Source: Chara braunii (Eukaryota > Plantae > Charophyceae). From it: a DNA stretch of 64,000 bases. The position numbers and the translations under genes are program-made. The notes under the pieces are model-generated. The model was not told where the DNA came from, ran no database searches, and saw only the letters and a program-made list of their open reading frames with translations. Of the stretch, positions 49,510 to 62,600 are shown in pieces. Where the stretch lies: positions 181,204-245,203 of the forward strand of contig BFEA01000008.1 in NCBI GenBank assembly GCA_003427395.1, in the 5' to 3' direction. Each line of letters opens with the position of its first letter. Within the stretch, counting starts at the first letter, position 1.

Positions 49510-51251
49510 GAAAATAAAATAAAAATAAACTCGAGGATGTTTCTCCTCCTGACGACTAGGTTCTTCTTCCTGCTTGTTCCTTCAATCATCCTCTGAACGG
49601 TGAGGAGGAAAAGGCTGAATTAGTAGAACTGTATATATAATTACAAGTTAAAACATACTGCGATTCTCCTTTCCCTCCCCCCAACACCCCCCCCTTCCCA
49701 CCTCACACACACCCCCGCCCCCCTTAAAAAAAAAATAAAATTGTCATCCGAGTACAATAGGCTAAGTTATGAAATCACCCGCTTACCGCGATCACATTCT
49801 CCGCAGAATATGTGTGCGCCTTTCGGCTGTCGACATCGTCGAGGCTATGAAGTGGCCTGCATCTTTTATGTGTACGGTGGGTCATGATGATCGCCATCGT
49901 GTGTGTGAGGGGGGGTGGGGGTGGAGTGGGGGAAGGGGGGAAGGGGGGGAAAGGGGGAAGGGGGAAGAGGGAGACGTGAGGAGGGAGGAGGGAGGAGGGA
50001 GAGAGTACGGTCGAAAATAGTGAACCGGACGTTCAAAGGAACATTTTTCAGGCGAAGAATGAGTAATGACTGAAATTGAATCACAATGTGACTCGAGGGA
50101 TCCATGAAAATTGAAGCACGCGCTGAGTATGTCGTCCTATGGCCCATTTTGTACACGGTACTATGAATACATTGGGCCAGAATACAGGCATAATGACCGT
50201 GCGTTCTACTCGGGGGATGACGGTAGTGCCAGACGTAGCCAGACGTAGATTCATGATTACATCCAGTCATGACCCTGTTCGGTACAATCAACGTTAGGGC
50301 GTGTTCCCTGTAAGGAAAGCTAGCAAAGGCAAAGAATCACGAGCTGAGCTGACCTGACAGATCGTTCCTCGGCACCAGAAACAAACTATAATCAGCCTAC
50401 CAGGACTGGGCGGGGTGTAGGTTGATGCCATCCATTCATAGATCCTGTTCGGTATGAGAAAGGCAGAAAGGAAAATAATAAGGATCTGAGCCGTGACTTG
50501 GCTGATCGGTCCTCGGCACTAGAAACAAAGCAATACTAACAGCAGCCTAGGGCCGCGTGGGGTAGGTTCAGCGCATCCCATCGTGATTATGCAGCAGCGT
50601 GCAATGCTAGTGCACTGCGCAGTGGAACGCAGCCCTTTGTATATTGTAATAAGATCCAACGGAACCGGTCTTGAGAACATGTAAGGGGACGGCTCTACTG
50701 CAGTAGAAGCAACTGTACTGTTTCCCCGAATACAGTGTACGGTCATTATAGCTGCACTTGGGCCAACTTTCAGCCTAGATACGGTGACAATTGCCGTACG
50801 TTCTATTCGGGTAAAGAGGGTAGGGTAGCGGGCTATAGCAGTAGATGCGTCAACTCAATGGCTGGGCGGAGATGGTGACGGGTGCAATTCTGATGCGAGT
50901 GTAGAGCAAAGCCCATACTATTAGTTGGGAGTCGGAGTGGCTGTGAATTTGATCGATCAAACACTCATACTAAAGGACTTGCCTGGATGCATCTGACGGC
51001 AATTACGGCCGGCATGGGATGTATCCAACTGCAATTGCGTCTAATTGTTGGCGGCCTAAGAATTATCGGGGAAGCTTGTAAGCTTTCTTTTCTTCTTTTC
51101 TTTTTTTTTTCCCTTATTCTGAAAGGGTGACGACCTTGAGATATCATCATTGAGCTTTTCGGATGATCAGCCACACTTGGGACCGGCCCCAGGCAATTCA
51201 TAAATATTTGGTTTCAGTGATCACGTTCCATCATCTGGATAGCCATTCACT

Positions 51252-51664
51252 GTGTTCAGGCAGCCCGATGGGCGGAGAGACTTTGCCGCAGAGTTCCATC
51301 CTGGATCTATAGCTTTTTTTTTACTATTATTAAAAAGGCTATTTCTTTTAAGCCCTACCAATTCAAATACCTGTCGAATCTGGGCAGGACGGTAATGCTC
51401 CCGGAGTTCAGTTCCCATCTGTCTTATCTCCTATGAGGGACGTTGGACACGTTTTCAGGGTGTTCAGGCAGCCCGATGGGCGGAAAGACTTTGCCGCAGA
51501 GTTCCATCCTGGATCTATAGCTTTTTTTTTACTATTATTAAAAAGGCTATTTCTTTTAAGCCCAACCAATTCAAATACCTGTCGAATCTGGGCAGGACGG
51601 TAATGCTCCCGGAGTTCAGTTCCCATCTGTCTTTTCTCCTATGAGGGACGTTGGACACGTTTTC
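51252..51664 (+). repeat. 208-bp near-perfect tandem duplication
   Basis: GTGTTCAGGCAGCCCGATGGG at 51252 and 51460; the two 65/72-aa ORFs are near-identical. Confidence 0.9.
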
Positions 51665-52894
51665 GAGATGGAGTCGTCCGTAAGAAAGTCTAGATCCCGA
51701 CTTCACAGGATGGTTTTCTGTTTAAAAAACAAAAGAAAAGAAAATAACCTGGCCGTAGTTGCAGTCAGATGCATCTGAGAAAGTTCTACGTAGCTTGCGT
51801 CTGCCCTGAAGTCGTTGACCGCCCTTTATTTTTCTTTTTTTTGAAAAGGAAAGAGTCTTTTTTTTTTTGAGAAGGAAAGAGTCCGTTTTTCAAAAGGAAA
51901 AGAGTTTTCTTTACAGGCTGGGAACCGGGCCCAGCGTCCCTCACATCAGTAGCTGTGGCCCACAGGGATGAGCCAGGAGCCAGGCGCACCGGCCAGGCCT
52001 AGCCCCAACCACAGCAGAGAGCAAACATTGAGCTGTTCCAAAAAGGTCCTTCACCGCTCTTTCGCTCCTACTGTCAAAAGAACGACCTCATTTTTTTTTT
52101 TATTTTTTTTTTTGTTTGGGTTCTTGAAATCCTGTGTCCTTGTCCTCCGTGGGCCATGTCCCACTTGTCGGCCATGTCCCACTTGCTTGTCGAGGTTTAG
52201 TTCTCGCTTCGAGTATCACTGGGTCCCTGCCATCCGATCTGTGAAAATCTCACGGCCTAGTGTGACCACGTTGGAACATGCACGAAACGTAAACAACACC
52301 CCGTCTAGTGGGATATGGCCCCCGGGATCATAGGGAAATGACCCAAATTAAAAGGAAAAAAAGAGTAGCTGTGGCCTTGAAGAAAGATTGGCGGTGACAG
52401 GCTCGTGGGCGCATTGTAGATTGTTCAGTAGGTGAGGAGCGGTTTAGGAGGGGGGTTATGGCCCCCTTTTTGGCAGGGGCCTTTGGGGGGCGAATTTAGG
52501 TGCTATTTCAGGGCCTGCTTTAGGGGCGCCCTTAGGGACTCTGGTTTACGGGATACTCTACGGACTCTGGTGTACGGGATACCCTAGGGACTCTGGTGTA
52601 CGCGGGACTCTAGGGGTTACGTAGTTTATAATGGGGTGTGTTTGGTGGATTGGAACTTGGAGGTGGGTTTGGGGGATTGCTCTTGCGAAAAAGTCCTCTC
52701 AAAGGGAACTGGGTGAGGCTCCAAGAAAGGGGTTTCCGGGGGCTATGGCCACAGAGCGGCCCTGAGGTGTTCAGATCGGATGGGCCAGGATAACAGGCGA
52801 AAATAGAGGACCGCGGCCTTTCTTTGTAGGTGGAAATTTTAATTTGTGACTGCGTGGTGGGGGACTACGTGAAGATTCTCACAAGACTAAGTCC

Positions 52895-53909
52895 TTGCTT
52901 TTTTGTTTTTTGTTTTTTGTTTTTTTTTTAAACCAACTGCCCAAGGTGGTGCTAGGAGTGCTGATAGGAGCAGACACCACTAGCATAGTACCCGGGGAGG
53001 CTCCATCTATTGGTGGGGAGCAGCACCTGCTGGAAATAGGTCCAGCGTCCCTGAACAATATGGTTGATGGTTTGATCTGATGAAATGATTGCTTTCACAG
53101 AACTGATGGTAAGCTGCAGGATGAACCTACAGAGACCACGACACCACAGCCAAGTTGATTGCCTTGGCAGTAATGACCAGCTGGCCGTGAGACCTTCCCA
53201 CAGAGGAGAGTGCTTGACAGATAGACCTACTCTACAACCAACATGTGAGTGCCTACATGACTTCCTGTTGAAAGTGCAGGGGAGTCCCCGATCATGTAGG
53301 CAAGCATACCTCCCTTTCCCCTGCCACCACCCGTGGTCCTTGATGTGCGCTGAGCAAAACGGAGAGTGAGAGGGCTTGGTTTTGTTCCGCTTTTGTGTCC
53401 CGCCGGGCTCTTCCGGTCGATGTGACCCTTTGTCTGTGGCCACCAAACCCCTATTATCTCCTCAATCCCTGTGATCCTCTGCGTGAGACCATCGAACCTC
53501 CGAAACTTGTGGACCCTCTACCCCCTGGATCTGTTCTGCGCACTTCCATGGATGTTTTGGTGAGGCCACTGAGTTCTCCTGTCATCTGTATCAGGTCTTC
53601 TGCAGGCCCATTGTGGAGATCAGCAGCCAACGGGCTCTGTAGAGGAACTGGTTTTGTTGTGCCGCTGCTTTCTGTGTGCTTGTTGTGTGTCGTCAGTGAT
53701 GAGTGGCTCTGTGTTCCTCGTCGTCCGCTGTCACCATCCAGGGATCGGTCGGGGAGGGAGGAGGGAGAGGTGGATTGTTGGGTGGGGGCTGTGAGGGCGG
53801 GGGGGGAGGGGCAGAACGGTAGGATCCCAGTGAGAGGGAGGGTGGGGGTAGGGGAGGGAAAGCCGAGGGGGGGGAGGTGGAAGCCAGGGGGAAGGGAATG
53901 GTCTCGGTC
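52895..53909 (-). mobile_element. Probable 3' end of a non-LTR element (A-rich tail on the minus strand)
   Basis: T-rich tract ~52898-52930; CTATTGGTGGGGAGCA.CACCTGCTGGAAA shared with the poly-T-bounded insert at ~20820. Confidence 0.45.
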
Positions 53910-56900
53910 TGTGACGCACCAACTTTCGGACCTGCGCTATCTTCCCCCCCCCTTTGTCTCTATCTTTTTGTCGAATTTTGGGTGACCATCGGACGAGGCC
54001 TCTTTTTGTATTTTTATGAATGTAATATATGAGACCCTCGGATCAATTTTTGAAAATTTGTCTTTTTTTTTGCGAATTGGGAATTACATGGGAATTACGC
54101 ACGCCTTAGCGAGCGCGCTAGGAATTTGGGTCGACGGTTAGGAATTTCGAAATAAGCGGGATCCGACGTGTCCTTTCTTGCGCATGAATGTTCTCAACTT
54201 CGTCCTGGAAAGGTTTGGGAATTTTCGCAGAAATCTGAATAGGCATAGGGCTTTCCCACGACCTCGCTTTGCTGCGCGGATGTTGTATTTTTCAATTTCA
54301 ATTAGCCATAAGTGTTTCGGTGCCCTTTTTGCCTTCGCGACGACGCCATGCATGCGAGCCTCTCTTTGGGTCGACGGTTAGGAATTTCGGAATAAGCGGG
54401 ATCCGACGTGTCCTTTCTTGCGCATGAATGTTCTCAACTTCGTTTTGGAAAGCTCTGGGAATTTTCCCAGAAATCTGAATAGGCATAGGGCTTTCCCACG
54501 CGCCCGCTTTGCCGCGCGGATATGGTATTTTTCAATTTGAATTAGTCGTAACTGTTTCGGTGCCCTTTTTGCCTTCTCGACGACACAGTGCATGCGAGTC
54601 TCCCCTCCCCGCTTCCCCCGCTGCCCTCGACACTCCCTTCCTCGCGCTCATGCTCCTCCTCTCTTTGTAACCGTTTTCCATCTCCCCATCGCCTTGCGCG
54701 CCTTTTCTCTCTCTTCTTGATCGTCTGAATCTTGGTTCCGTTTCACACTATTCTTCGCGCTCTTCTTCTTCCCACTCTGATCCCCTGCACTGAAACACCC
54801 TGTCGACCTCCTATCACTCTCTCTGGCCAAAGAGACACGCCGTGTAAGAGGGAAATTCCTGATACACAACGATTCTGATTGGCTGCCGCTGGGATCCAAA
54901 CTATGAATCCCCCGCGGGCGCAGTCGCCGCGGGCAGGACCGCGGACCGTGGTCTCCGCCTCGATGCCGTGGTCATGAATGCGATTCTCGGTTATGAAAAA
55001 AAATAAAAATAAAAAAAAATTAAAAAATCTGAAAAAACTAAATGTTATGCCAAAAAATAAAGTGAACAACTTTTGCCTTGAAGTTGTATCAAAACTCCTT
55101 ACCAAATTTGGTATAAAAAACAAACAAAATCCTTTATTTTTCTTATTAAAAGAATAAAGTGAAGAACTTTTGCCTGAGGGATTTCTGTTTTTCATTTTTT
55201 TTAAAATAAAAAAGAAGTCAAAAAATAAAAATAAAAATATACGGTTGTAGAGCGCACAAGAACTTACAAACTCGTATTTTTTTTTTTTTTTTTGGCCTAT
55301 TATCCTAGGAGTTCAAAATGTTGGGGTTTTCAATTACACTAGGCCGCGTGGAGTCGGCCGCCGCGGGCGGGAAAATGGCCCGCGGTCGCGGCTGCGGGTG
55401 ATACATAGGATCCAAAGGATCGACATGGCTTTCGCCGGGCAATCCCTGAGCCTTCTCCTACTCCTCTCTGCCTCAGTCCTAACCCTTCCTAGCATTTATC
55501 CTTTCTTTCGCAGCTATAAATTCAGCAAGCGGTCCCGAAAACCTCTCTCTCGACTCATCAATTCGCTTCCGGGAAGCTGTGGCTAGATTGTATGAAGGAA
55601 GGTGCGAGTCTAAGAGGTTGAGCGGGCTGTGGTCTTGGCGCTCGGCATGCTGGATTGTCCGACGGACTGTGGGATCCGAGCAGGGCCATGTAGAGGCGAA
55701 GTCAGCGGGGTGACAATAACTATGGTGGATTGGCACGTGACGGCCGAGATCGTAAGTGCAAGTGAGATTTGAGTCGGAAGTGATTGAGTGTGTGGCCCGG
55801 GGCCATGGTGGAATTTTATGATAAAAGTGCTTTCTTTTGTTTTTGCTTCAAAATTTGTATCTTTGAATGTGAGTTTTGATCGCTCGACTTTTAAGCCCGG
55901 ACATCTCTGGGCAAGATCGCCTGACATTTTGTGGTTGCTTTCTACTCGTTTCTCCCCTGCCCTGGTTTGCGTCCATCCTCTCCTTCCTCCGGGCACGACA
56001 TGTCATAATGGATGAATTATGCTAGCTTTGCTTCTCTCACTTCGGTATGTGCATGCGGTGAGCCGTGATTAGATATTTTCTTGTGGCAGGATTGAAGGGA
56101 TGATTGGTTGAGCGACTGAATGATCGGGTTGCCAAGATTGTCAGACGAATGATGTATGATTAAGATCTGTGCTTACCTTTGCTGCCATGTGGACTGACGG
56201 CCCCAACCCGACCGGGCGCCAACTTCCTGTGCCCCCACCGCGCCCCTTCTCGGATAATGAGGATAGTATACGTGTATGCGAGTGGGACGTGCAGAAAGCC
56301 ATCGCCAAGATCGGAAGGCGTTACTACTTTCCTCTCGAAACTCGGTGCTCTGGATTCGCTGGTGCGGGTTTTGTTATCATCGATATGCACTTTCCGCCAT
56401 ATTCGTTGTTATTGACCTTTAACGAACTGATTTTCCGTGGGCGGCTGTAGAGCCTCGTTGGCCTAACACTGTGCAGCGGTTGTCGTCGCCTCGAGCGTTA
56501 TCAGGTCAAGGGGTTCCACTATCGCACACGCGGCGAAGACGAACATAAAGAAAAGGCCACTCTGTTGAGGCCCTCCACGTCGGACTCGGAGTTGTGTAAC
56601 GAGCGCCGACGAGACCTCATCCGAAAACGGGACACCACGTGTGTACCCGCCCCCTTTCACGCGAAACGAAGAGCGACGGCTCATCGGGAAGTCCAACGAT
56701 ATTTTTTGGATTGAATTTCCCATAGCTGCGAGTCCCGCGCATGCCTTTTTTTTCTGCCTTAAAACCCGCACGGCGACCTGCTTCTTACAACAATCGGACC
56801 AACACGGGGGATTTCAGTTTCGTTTATGTCCCCGCACTCAATTTTCCAAAAATCCTTGGCATACCCCATCATCGTTGCCTTTCCCGGACCCCTTCCGTGA

Positions 56901-56942
56901 ACCATAACGCTCCGCCTGGAAGGTAGCGCAGGGCGTGAGGTT
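53910..56942 (+). repeat. LTR A (E1 family) with an internal 240-bp duplication (~54125-54600) and a MITE
   Basis: Starts TGTGACGCACCAACTTTCGGACC, ends GCGTGAGGTT without CA; colinear with 56998-59271. Confidence 0.9.
54901..55408. mobile_element. 508-bp MITE with 8-bp TSD (hAT/P-like)
   Basis: TSD GATCCAAA (54893-54900 / 55409-55416), imperfect TIR CTATG(A/T)ATC(C/A)CCCGC, empty site in LTR B (~57720). Confidence 0.88.
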
Positions 56943-56985
56943 CATCATTTGAAGGTCGTGAGCTCGAACCTCACATGCCCCACCA
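56943..56985 (+). tRNA. Captured 3' half (positions 34-76) of a mature elongator-type tRNA-Met(CAT) including CCA; not a tRNA gene
   Basis: CAT-CA-TTTGA-AGGTC-GTGAG-CTCGAAC-CTCAC-ATGCCCC-A-CCA: 43 nt in exact canonical register (anticodon, variable loop, T arm, acceptor strand, discriminator, CCA). Confidence 0.85.
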
Positions 56986-56997
56986 GAGCCTCACATA

Positions 56998-59271
56998 TGT
57001 AACGCGCCAACTTCCGGACCTGCGCTATCTTCCCCCCCGCCCTTTTTCTCTGTCTTTTTGTCGAATTTTGGGTGACCATCCGACGAGGCCTCTTTTTGTA
57101 TTTTTATGAATGTAATATGTGAGACCCTCGGATCAATTTTTGAAATTTTTTCCTTTTTTTCGCAAATTGGGAATTACATGGGCGCGCGCTAGGAATTTGG
57201 GTCGACGGTGAGGAATTTCGAAATAAGCGGGATCTGACGCGTCCTTTATTGTGCGTGAATGTTCTCTACTTCGGCTTGGAAAGCTCTAGGAATTTTCGCA
57301 GAAATCTGAATGGGCATAGGACTTTCCCATGTGCCTGCTTTGCGGCACGAATATGGTATTTTTCAATTTGAATTAGCGGTAACTGTTTCGGTGCCCTTTT
57401 TGCCTTTGCAACGACGCCATGCATGTGAGCCTCCCCTCCCTGCTTCCCCCGCTGCCCTCGACACTCCGTTCCTTGCGCTCACGCTCCTCCTCTCTCTCTA
57501 ACCGTTTTCCATCTCCCCATCGCCTTGCGCCCCTTTTCTCTCCTTCTTGATCGTCCGAATCTTGTACCGTTTCGCGCTATTCTTCACGCTCTTCTTCTTC
57601 CCGCTCTGATGCCCCGTGCCGAAACACCCTGTCGACACCCTATCACTCCTCTAGCCAAAGAGACACGCCGTGTAAGAGGGAAATTTCTAATACACGACGA
57701 CTATGATTGGCTGCAGCTGGGATCCAAAGGATGGCCATGGCTTTCGACGGGCAATCCCTGAGCCTTCTCCTGCTCCTCCCTGCCTCAGTCCTAACCCTTC
57801 CTAGCATCTATCCTTTCTTCCGCAACTACAAATTTCGCAAGCGTTAAAATCTCTTTCTCGACTAGTCAGCCCGCATATGGGAAGATGTGGCTAGATTGTA
57901 TGAAGGAAGGCGCTAGTCGAAAACTCCCGACGAGCTGGTTGTGGTCTTGGCGCTCGGCATGTTGGATCGTCCGACGGACTGTGGGATCCAAGCGGGGCCG
58001 TGCAGAGGCTAAGTCAGCGGGGTGACGATCGCTATGGTGGATTGGCACGTGATGGCCGGGATCGTGAATGCAAGTGAGACGTTCGAGTCCGAAGTGAGTG
58101 AGTGCGTGGCCCGGGGCCATGGTGGAATTTTATAACAGAAGTGCTTTCTTTCCTTTCGGCTGTAAAATTTGTATCTTTGAATGTGAGTTTTGATCGCCTG
58201 ACTTTTAAGTCGGGACATCTCTGGGCAAGATCGCTTGACATTCTGTGGTTGCTTTCTACTCGTTTCTCCCCCACCTGGTCTGCGTCCATACTCTCCTTCC
58301 TCCAATCACGACATGTCATAATGGATGAATTATGCTAACTTCACTTCTCTCACTTCGGTATGTGCATGCGGTGAGCCATAATTAGAGATTTTGTTGTGGC
58401 ATATTGAAGGGATGATTGGTTGAGCGAGTGAATGATCGGGTTGCCTGGATTGTCAGACGAACGATGTATGGTTAAGATATGTGCTTACCTTTGCTGCTAT
58501 GTGGACTGACGGCCCCAACCCGACCGGGCGTCAACTTCTCGTGCCCCCGCCCTGCCCCTTCTCGTATAACGAGGATAGGATACGTGTATGCGAGTGGGAC
58601 GTACGGGAAGCCCGCCAAGATCGGAGGGTGTGACTGCTTTCCTCTGGAAACTTGGTGCTCCGGATTCGTTGGTGCGGGTTTTGTTATCATCGATGCGCAC
58701 TTTTCGCTATATTCGTTGTTATTGCCCTTTAACGAACTGATTGTCGTCCCGTGGGCGGCAGTAGAGCCTCATTGTCCTAACACTCAGTGCAGGATTGTCG
58801 TCGCCTCGAGTGTTATCAGGCCAAGGGATCCCACTATCGCACACGCAGCGAAGACGAACATAAAGAAAAGGGCACTCGGTTGAGGCCCTCCACGTCGGAC
58901 TCGGAAGTTGTGTAACGAGCGCGGATGAGACCTCATCCGAAAACGGGACACCACGTGTGTACCCGCCCCCTTTCACGTGAAACGAAGAGCGACAGCTCGT
59001 TGGGTAGTCCAACGATATTTTTTGGATTGAATTTCTCATCGCTGCGAGTCCCGCACGCGCCTTTTTTTCTCCCTTAAAACCCGCGCGGAGATGGACCTTC
59101 TTCTTACTACAGTCGGACCGACACGGGGGATTTCAGTTCCGTCTGTGTCCCCGCACTCAAATTTCCAAAAATCCTTGGTACACCCGATCATCGCTGCATT
59201 TCCTGGGCCCCTTCCGTGAACCACAATGCTCCGACTGGAAGGTAGCGCAGGGCATGAGGTTGAGCGTCACA
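56998..59271 (+). repeat. LTR B (E1 family) ending GAGGTT-GAGCGTCACA
   Basis: TGTAACG..CGTCACA, preceded by GAGCCTCACA-TA (56986-56997). Confidence 0.9.
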
Positions 59272-59620
59272 TATGGGGCTCAGTCACCAGGAGGGTAAGA
59301 GGGGGTGTGTGGGACTTAGGGGGGACAGGCCCCCGACAGTCCCAGTCGCCCTTGGGGTAAACAGTGTTTGGGGAGGGGGCGGGGTTTGGGGGGGCGGTTG
59401 TGATGGCAGAGGTGGGGGTGGGGAGGGGTGCGGGAATAAGATGACCACTGGTGGAGTTTTTGGAGGGATTGCAAAGTGTTGTCTTGGCCTTAGTGTCCAC
59501 TGTTGGTTTGGTGGTGGCCACATCCACCAAGGTTGAGGTCAGTGTCCGTGAAGGCCAGCTTGCCATACGGGTCTAGCCAAGTTTGTGTAAATGTCTGTAT
59601 CATTTCGTCCCTTTGTAGGT

Positions 59621-62194
59621 TGTGACGCCCAACCTCACGCCGACTTCCTGTTTCGAAGTGGGAGAGGGCCCAAAAGTGCGTGAAATGGGTGTGCCAAGGA
59701 TTTTAGGAAAGGGGGGGTGGAGTCCCAGGTTGGAATTGGGATCTTCGGTGTCTAATTCCTAGGACAGAAACCTGAGTGGTTCAGCGAAGCACCAGGTTTT
59801 TCTGTTTGGCGATTCTCAGAGCCGGGCGGCTAGTTTTGTTGACCTTGTTGCCCAGGGCGGGTTCGGATTCGGTGTACGAAGGGAACACATATCCCTCTGA
59901 TTCGAAACTTGTCGTTGGGGGGTCTCGCAGATCTCAGAATCCGATGTAGACGGCCTCAGTTGGAGATTGTGTTCTTGGCGCTCAGCTTCGGAACGGGTTC
60001 GTCGGACAAACCTGCCGACCCGGTAGGTGTAATACTGCTGACACTCAGTGCACGACCTTCGGGAACAGTAGGGGGCTATCACATTCCAGGGGACGACCGT
60101 TAGATTGTGGTAGGGAAGAAGGAGATAAAAGGGAGGATTCAATTGCGATGAATCCTGACTCCATGTAATACTGGTGGTTATGCGTGTCGGGGTAATTCGG
60201 GATTCGAGGGTTTTGTCCCATGGCCTGCTAAAAGTCCCATTGCACACAGTCGATCGTTTTCAGTCTGGCAGGGAAATTCCGGAAGTCTTAGTTTCGATCG
60301 ACGAGAGAGTTGCTCGTTTTCACAGAACCTTCAATACTCGCGATCTCTCAGGTAGTCGCGGTCGGTGATCCAAAATGGAATGCTGATGCCCATATCTCAT
60401 GAGAAAGACTCAATTCATACATTTGTGCGTGCAAGGTGCAATCGGGTCGAAGATGGATCATGCAGACACGCGTATATGTGATGAATGCCTTTTCACAGTC
60501 ATTCATATTTGTGTGTGCACAGGATCTGTCTCGGAACAGGCTGTAAGACTACCAGCTGTGCATGCATCGGTTTATTAAGGAAGACGACATCTACGGGCTT
60601 AATGAAAAAATAGACAGCCGATCAACGCGACATACACAAGAGCATACGTGCGCAAAAGGAAAGGAGAAGGAGCAATTTCCCATACATCGGCAGGACACCC
60701 AATCCATACATACCATAATCCCCTGACTCAGCGATCGACAACATCCATACTTTCAAGGCAATCAAACAAACAATCGATTTTTGCAACCGTCATACATCCT
60801 CTGTCGAAAAGAAATTGACGAGGGAAAAAGAGATAATTCATACTTCAATCGAAGAAAAGAAAATCCGAGATTAACCAAAATCCAAATTATATAGAGGATG
60901 CGAAGAGAGAACACCACTTCAACATACCACTCTCTCTCTCTCTCCCAACGTTTCTCCGATGCGGGCAGTTCGTCACCTTGCACCTACCAGCAACCCGGAG
61001 TTGTCACCGCGCTTAGGCATGCAAGCCAGGTTCGCCCGTGTGCCACAGTCCCTTGCGACCACACGTCAACCCAACATACCCAGCACCAGCCCGTCGGATC
61101 CTGACTCCCTACTCACCCCTGTCTCTACTCGTTAGCCAATCCTCTCGATCGCGCTAACTCCCAAGTGTAGATTAGAGAGCAGATTAGTCGTGCTNNNNNN
61201 NNNNNNNNNNNNNNNNNNNNNNNNNNNNNNNNNNNNNNNNNNNNNNNNNNNNNNNNNNNNNNNNNNNNNNNNNNNNNNNNNNNNNNNNNNNNNNNNNNNN
61301 NNNNNNNNNNNNNNNNNNNNNNNNNNNNNNNNNNNNNNNNNNNNNNNNNNNNNNNNNNNNNNNNNNNNNNNNNNNNNNNNNNNNNNNNNNNNNNNNNNNN
61401 NNNNNNNNNNNNNNNNNNNNNNNNNNNNNNNNNNNNNNNNNNNNNNNNNNNNNNCGCGCTAACTCCCAAGTGTAGATTAGAGAGCAGATTAGTCGTGCTT
61501 GCAGAATTTATAGCACTCGGCATTCAAGCGAGATAATTCCAGGATTACGCTGAAGCAGGAGGAAGAGAGAAGAAGGGAGTGCCTACAGCTGCATGATTGG
61601 GCCAGGGCGTGGGGGACATAGCCACTCTCCACTCGTCGATCCAGTCATGCATCTTCTCGGCCAATGAGATAGACAGAAAAGAGGTGCAGGTTTTAACGCG
61701 CACGAAAATCAAGAGGGAGAGGATTACAGTTACATCTGCGTTCGCCAAGAAGGAGCAAGAAGAGATTACGTTTGCGATTATAATTTGGGCGCGGCGGGAG
61801 TAGAGCGCAGGAAAGGACGCAGCAATGCATGCGCGAGCAAGGAGCATCGTGCAGTTACAACAGCAAAAACCCACGACAAAATTACGATGCCCCCAATTCC
61901 TAACTCAATTAAAGTCCTAATTCCTATATTCTCCCGTATTTCAAAATTCAAAAAGATTTCTCCCGCACTATGATCGTGCCAAAGTTCCCTTCCCCACTTT
62001 TAGCAGAAGAAGAAAGAAGCTACGACAACAGTTATTTCTGCGCTAGCTACGGCGCGCTCCAACTACCAACTGCCATGGGACCGAGTTTTCTCAAAAAGAC
62101 CGGGGCACTTGTGCAATTGGGTCGGCCCCTCCCATTCAACCCCCAGAATACAGCCGCACAGGAAGTTGTGCATTTCAGAAAGTAGTTTGTCACA
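59621..62194 (-). mobile_element. Solo LTR (subfamily of 17831-21757)
   Basis: TGTGACGCCCAACCTCAC..TGTCACA with TSD AGGT (59617-59620 / 62195-62198). Confidence 0.88.
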
Positions 62195-62198
62195 AGGT

Positions 62199-62600
62199 AG
62201 CGTTTCTCTGAGTTTGAACCATGCCTTCTTTATGTTTGCTCACATTGCTTCGACTATTTCTGCTTTCGCTTGGGGAAAACCGAATATGTGTTGTTTTCTT
62301 TCAAAGGAGCATCATGACCTCCATATCACTATCGGCACGGTTAGTCGGGTGGTGTTGTAGAGGTTTCATTCGAAGATGGTGATAGGCGAATCTAGCAGCA
62401 AGGAGCTGGGGTACCAGGGCAGATTTTTGCCCATGAGGGAGCGCCGGGCTGCATCCCACCACCTCCAGATCTGTAGTGCCATCCACCTCCAGATCTGTAG
62501 TGCCATCCGGCACTCCAAAAGACAATGTTCCAGGTCTTCATGGGCATGCTCATGCTAACACTTTCCGAAATGTATCTGGGTGCCATTATGCCGAAACCTG
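62199..62600 (-). pseudogene. LINE ORF2 C-terminal zf-RVT fragment (probably continues at 59272-59620)
   Basis: Minus frames read EDLEHCLLECRMALQIW and IVIWRS*CSFERKQHIFG, resembling L1 zf-RVT and IW..RN..IF motifs. Confidence 0.6.

Noticed and set aside
53150-53350. Cys/His-rich stretch (CLHDRGLPCTFNRKSCRHSHVGCRV) resembling a DIRS gag zinc finger
   Set aside because: Incomplete ligand set, and no RT or tyrosine recombinase nearby to support it.
56935-56974. Self-priming hairpin GTGAGGTTC..GAACCTCAC at the end of LTR A
   Set aside because: The second arm is better explained as the T arm of the captured tRNA fragment.
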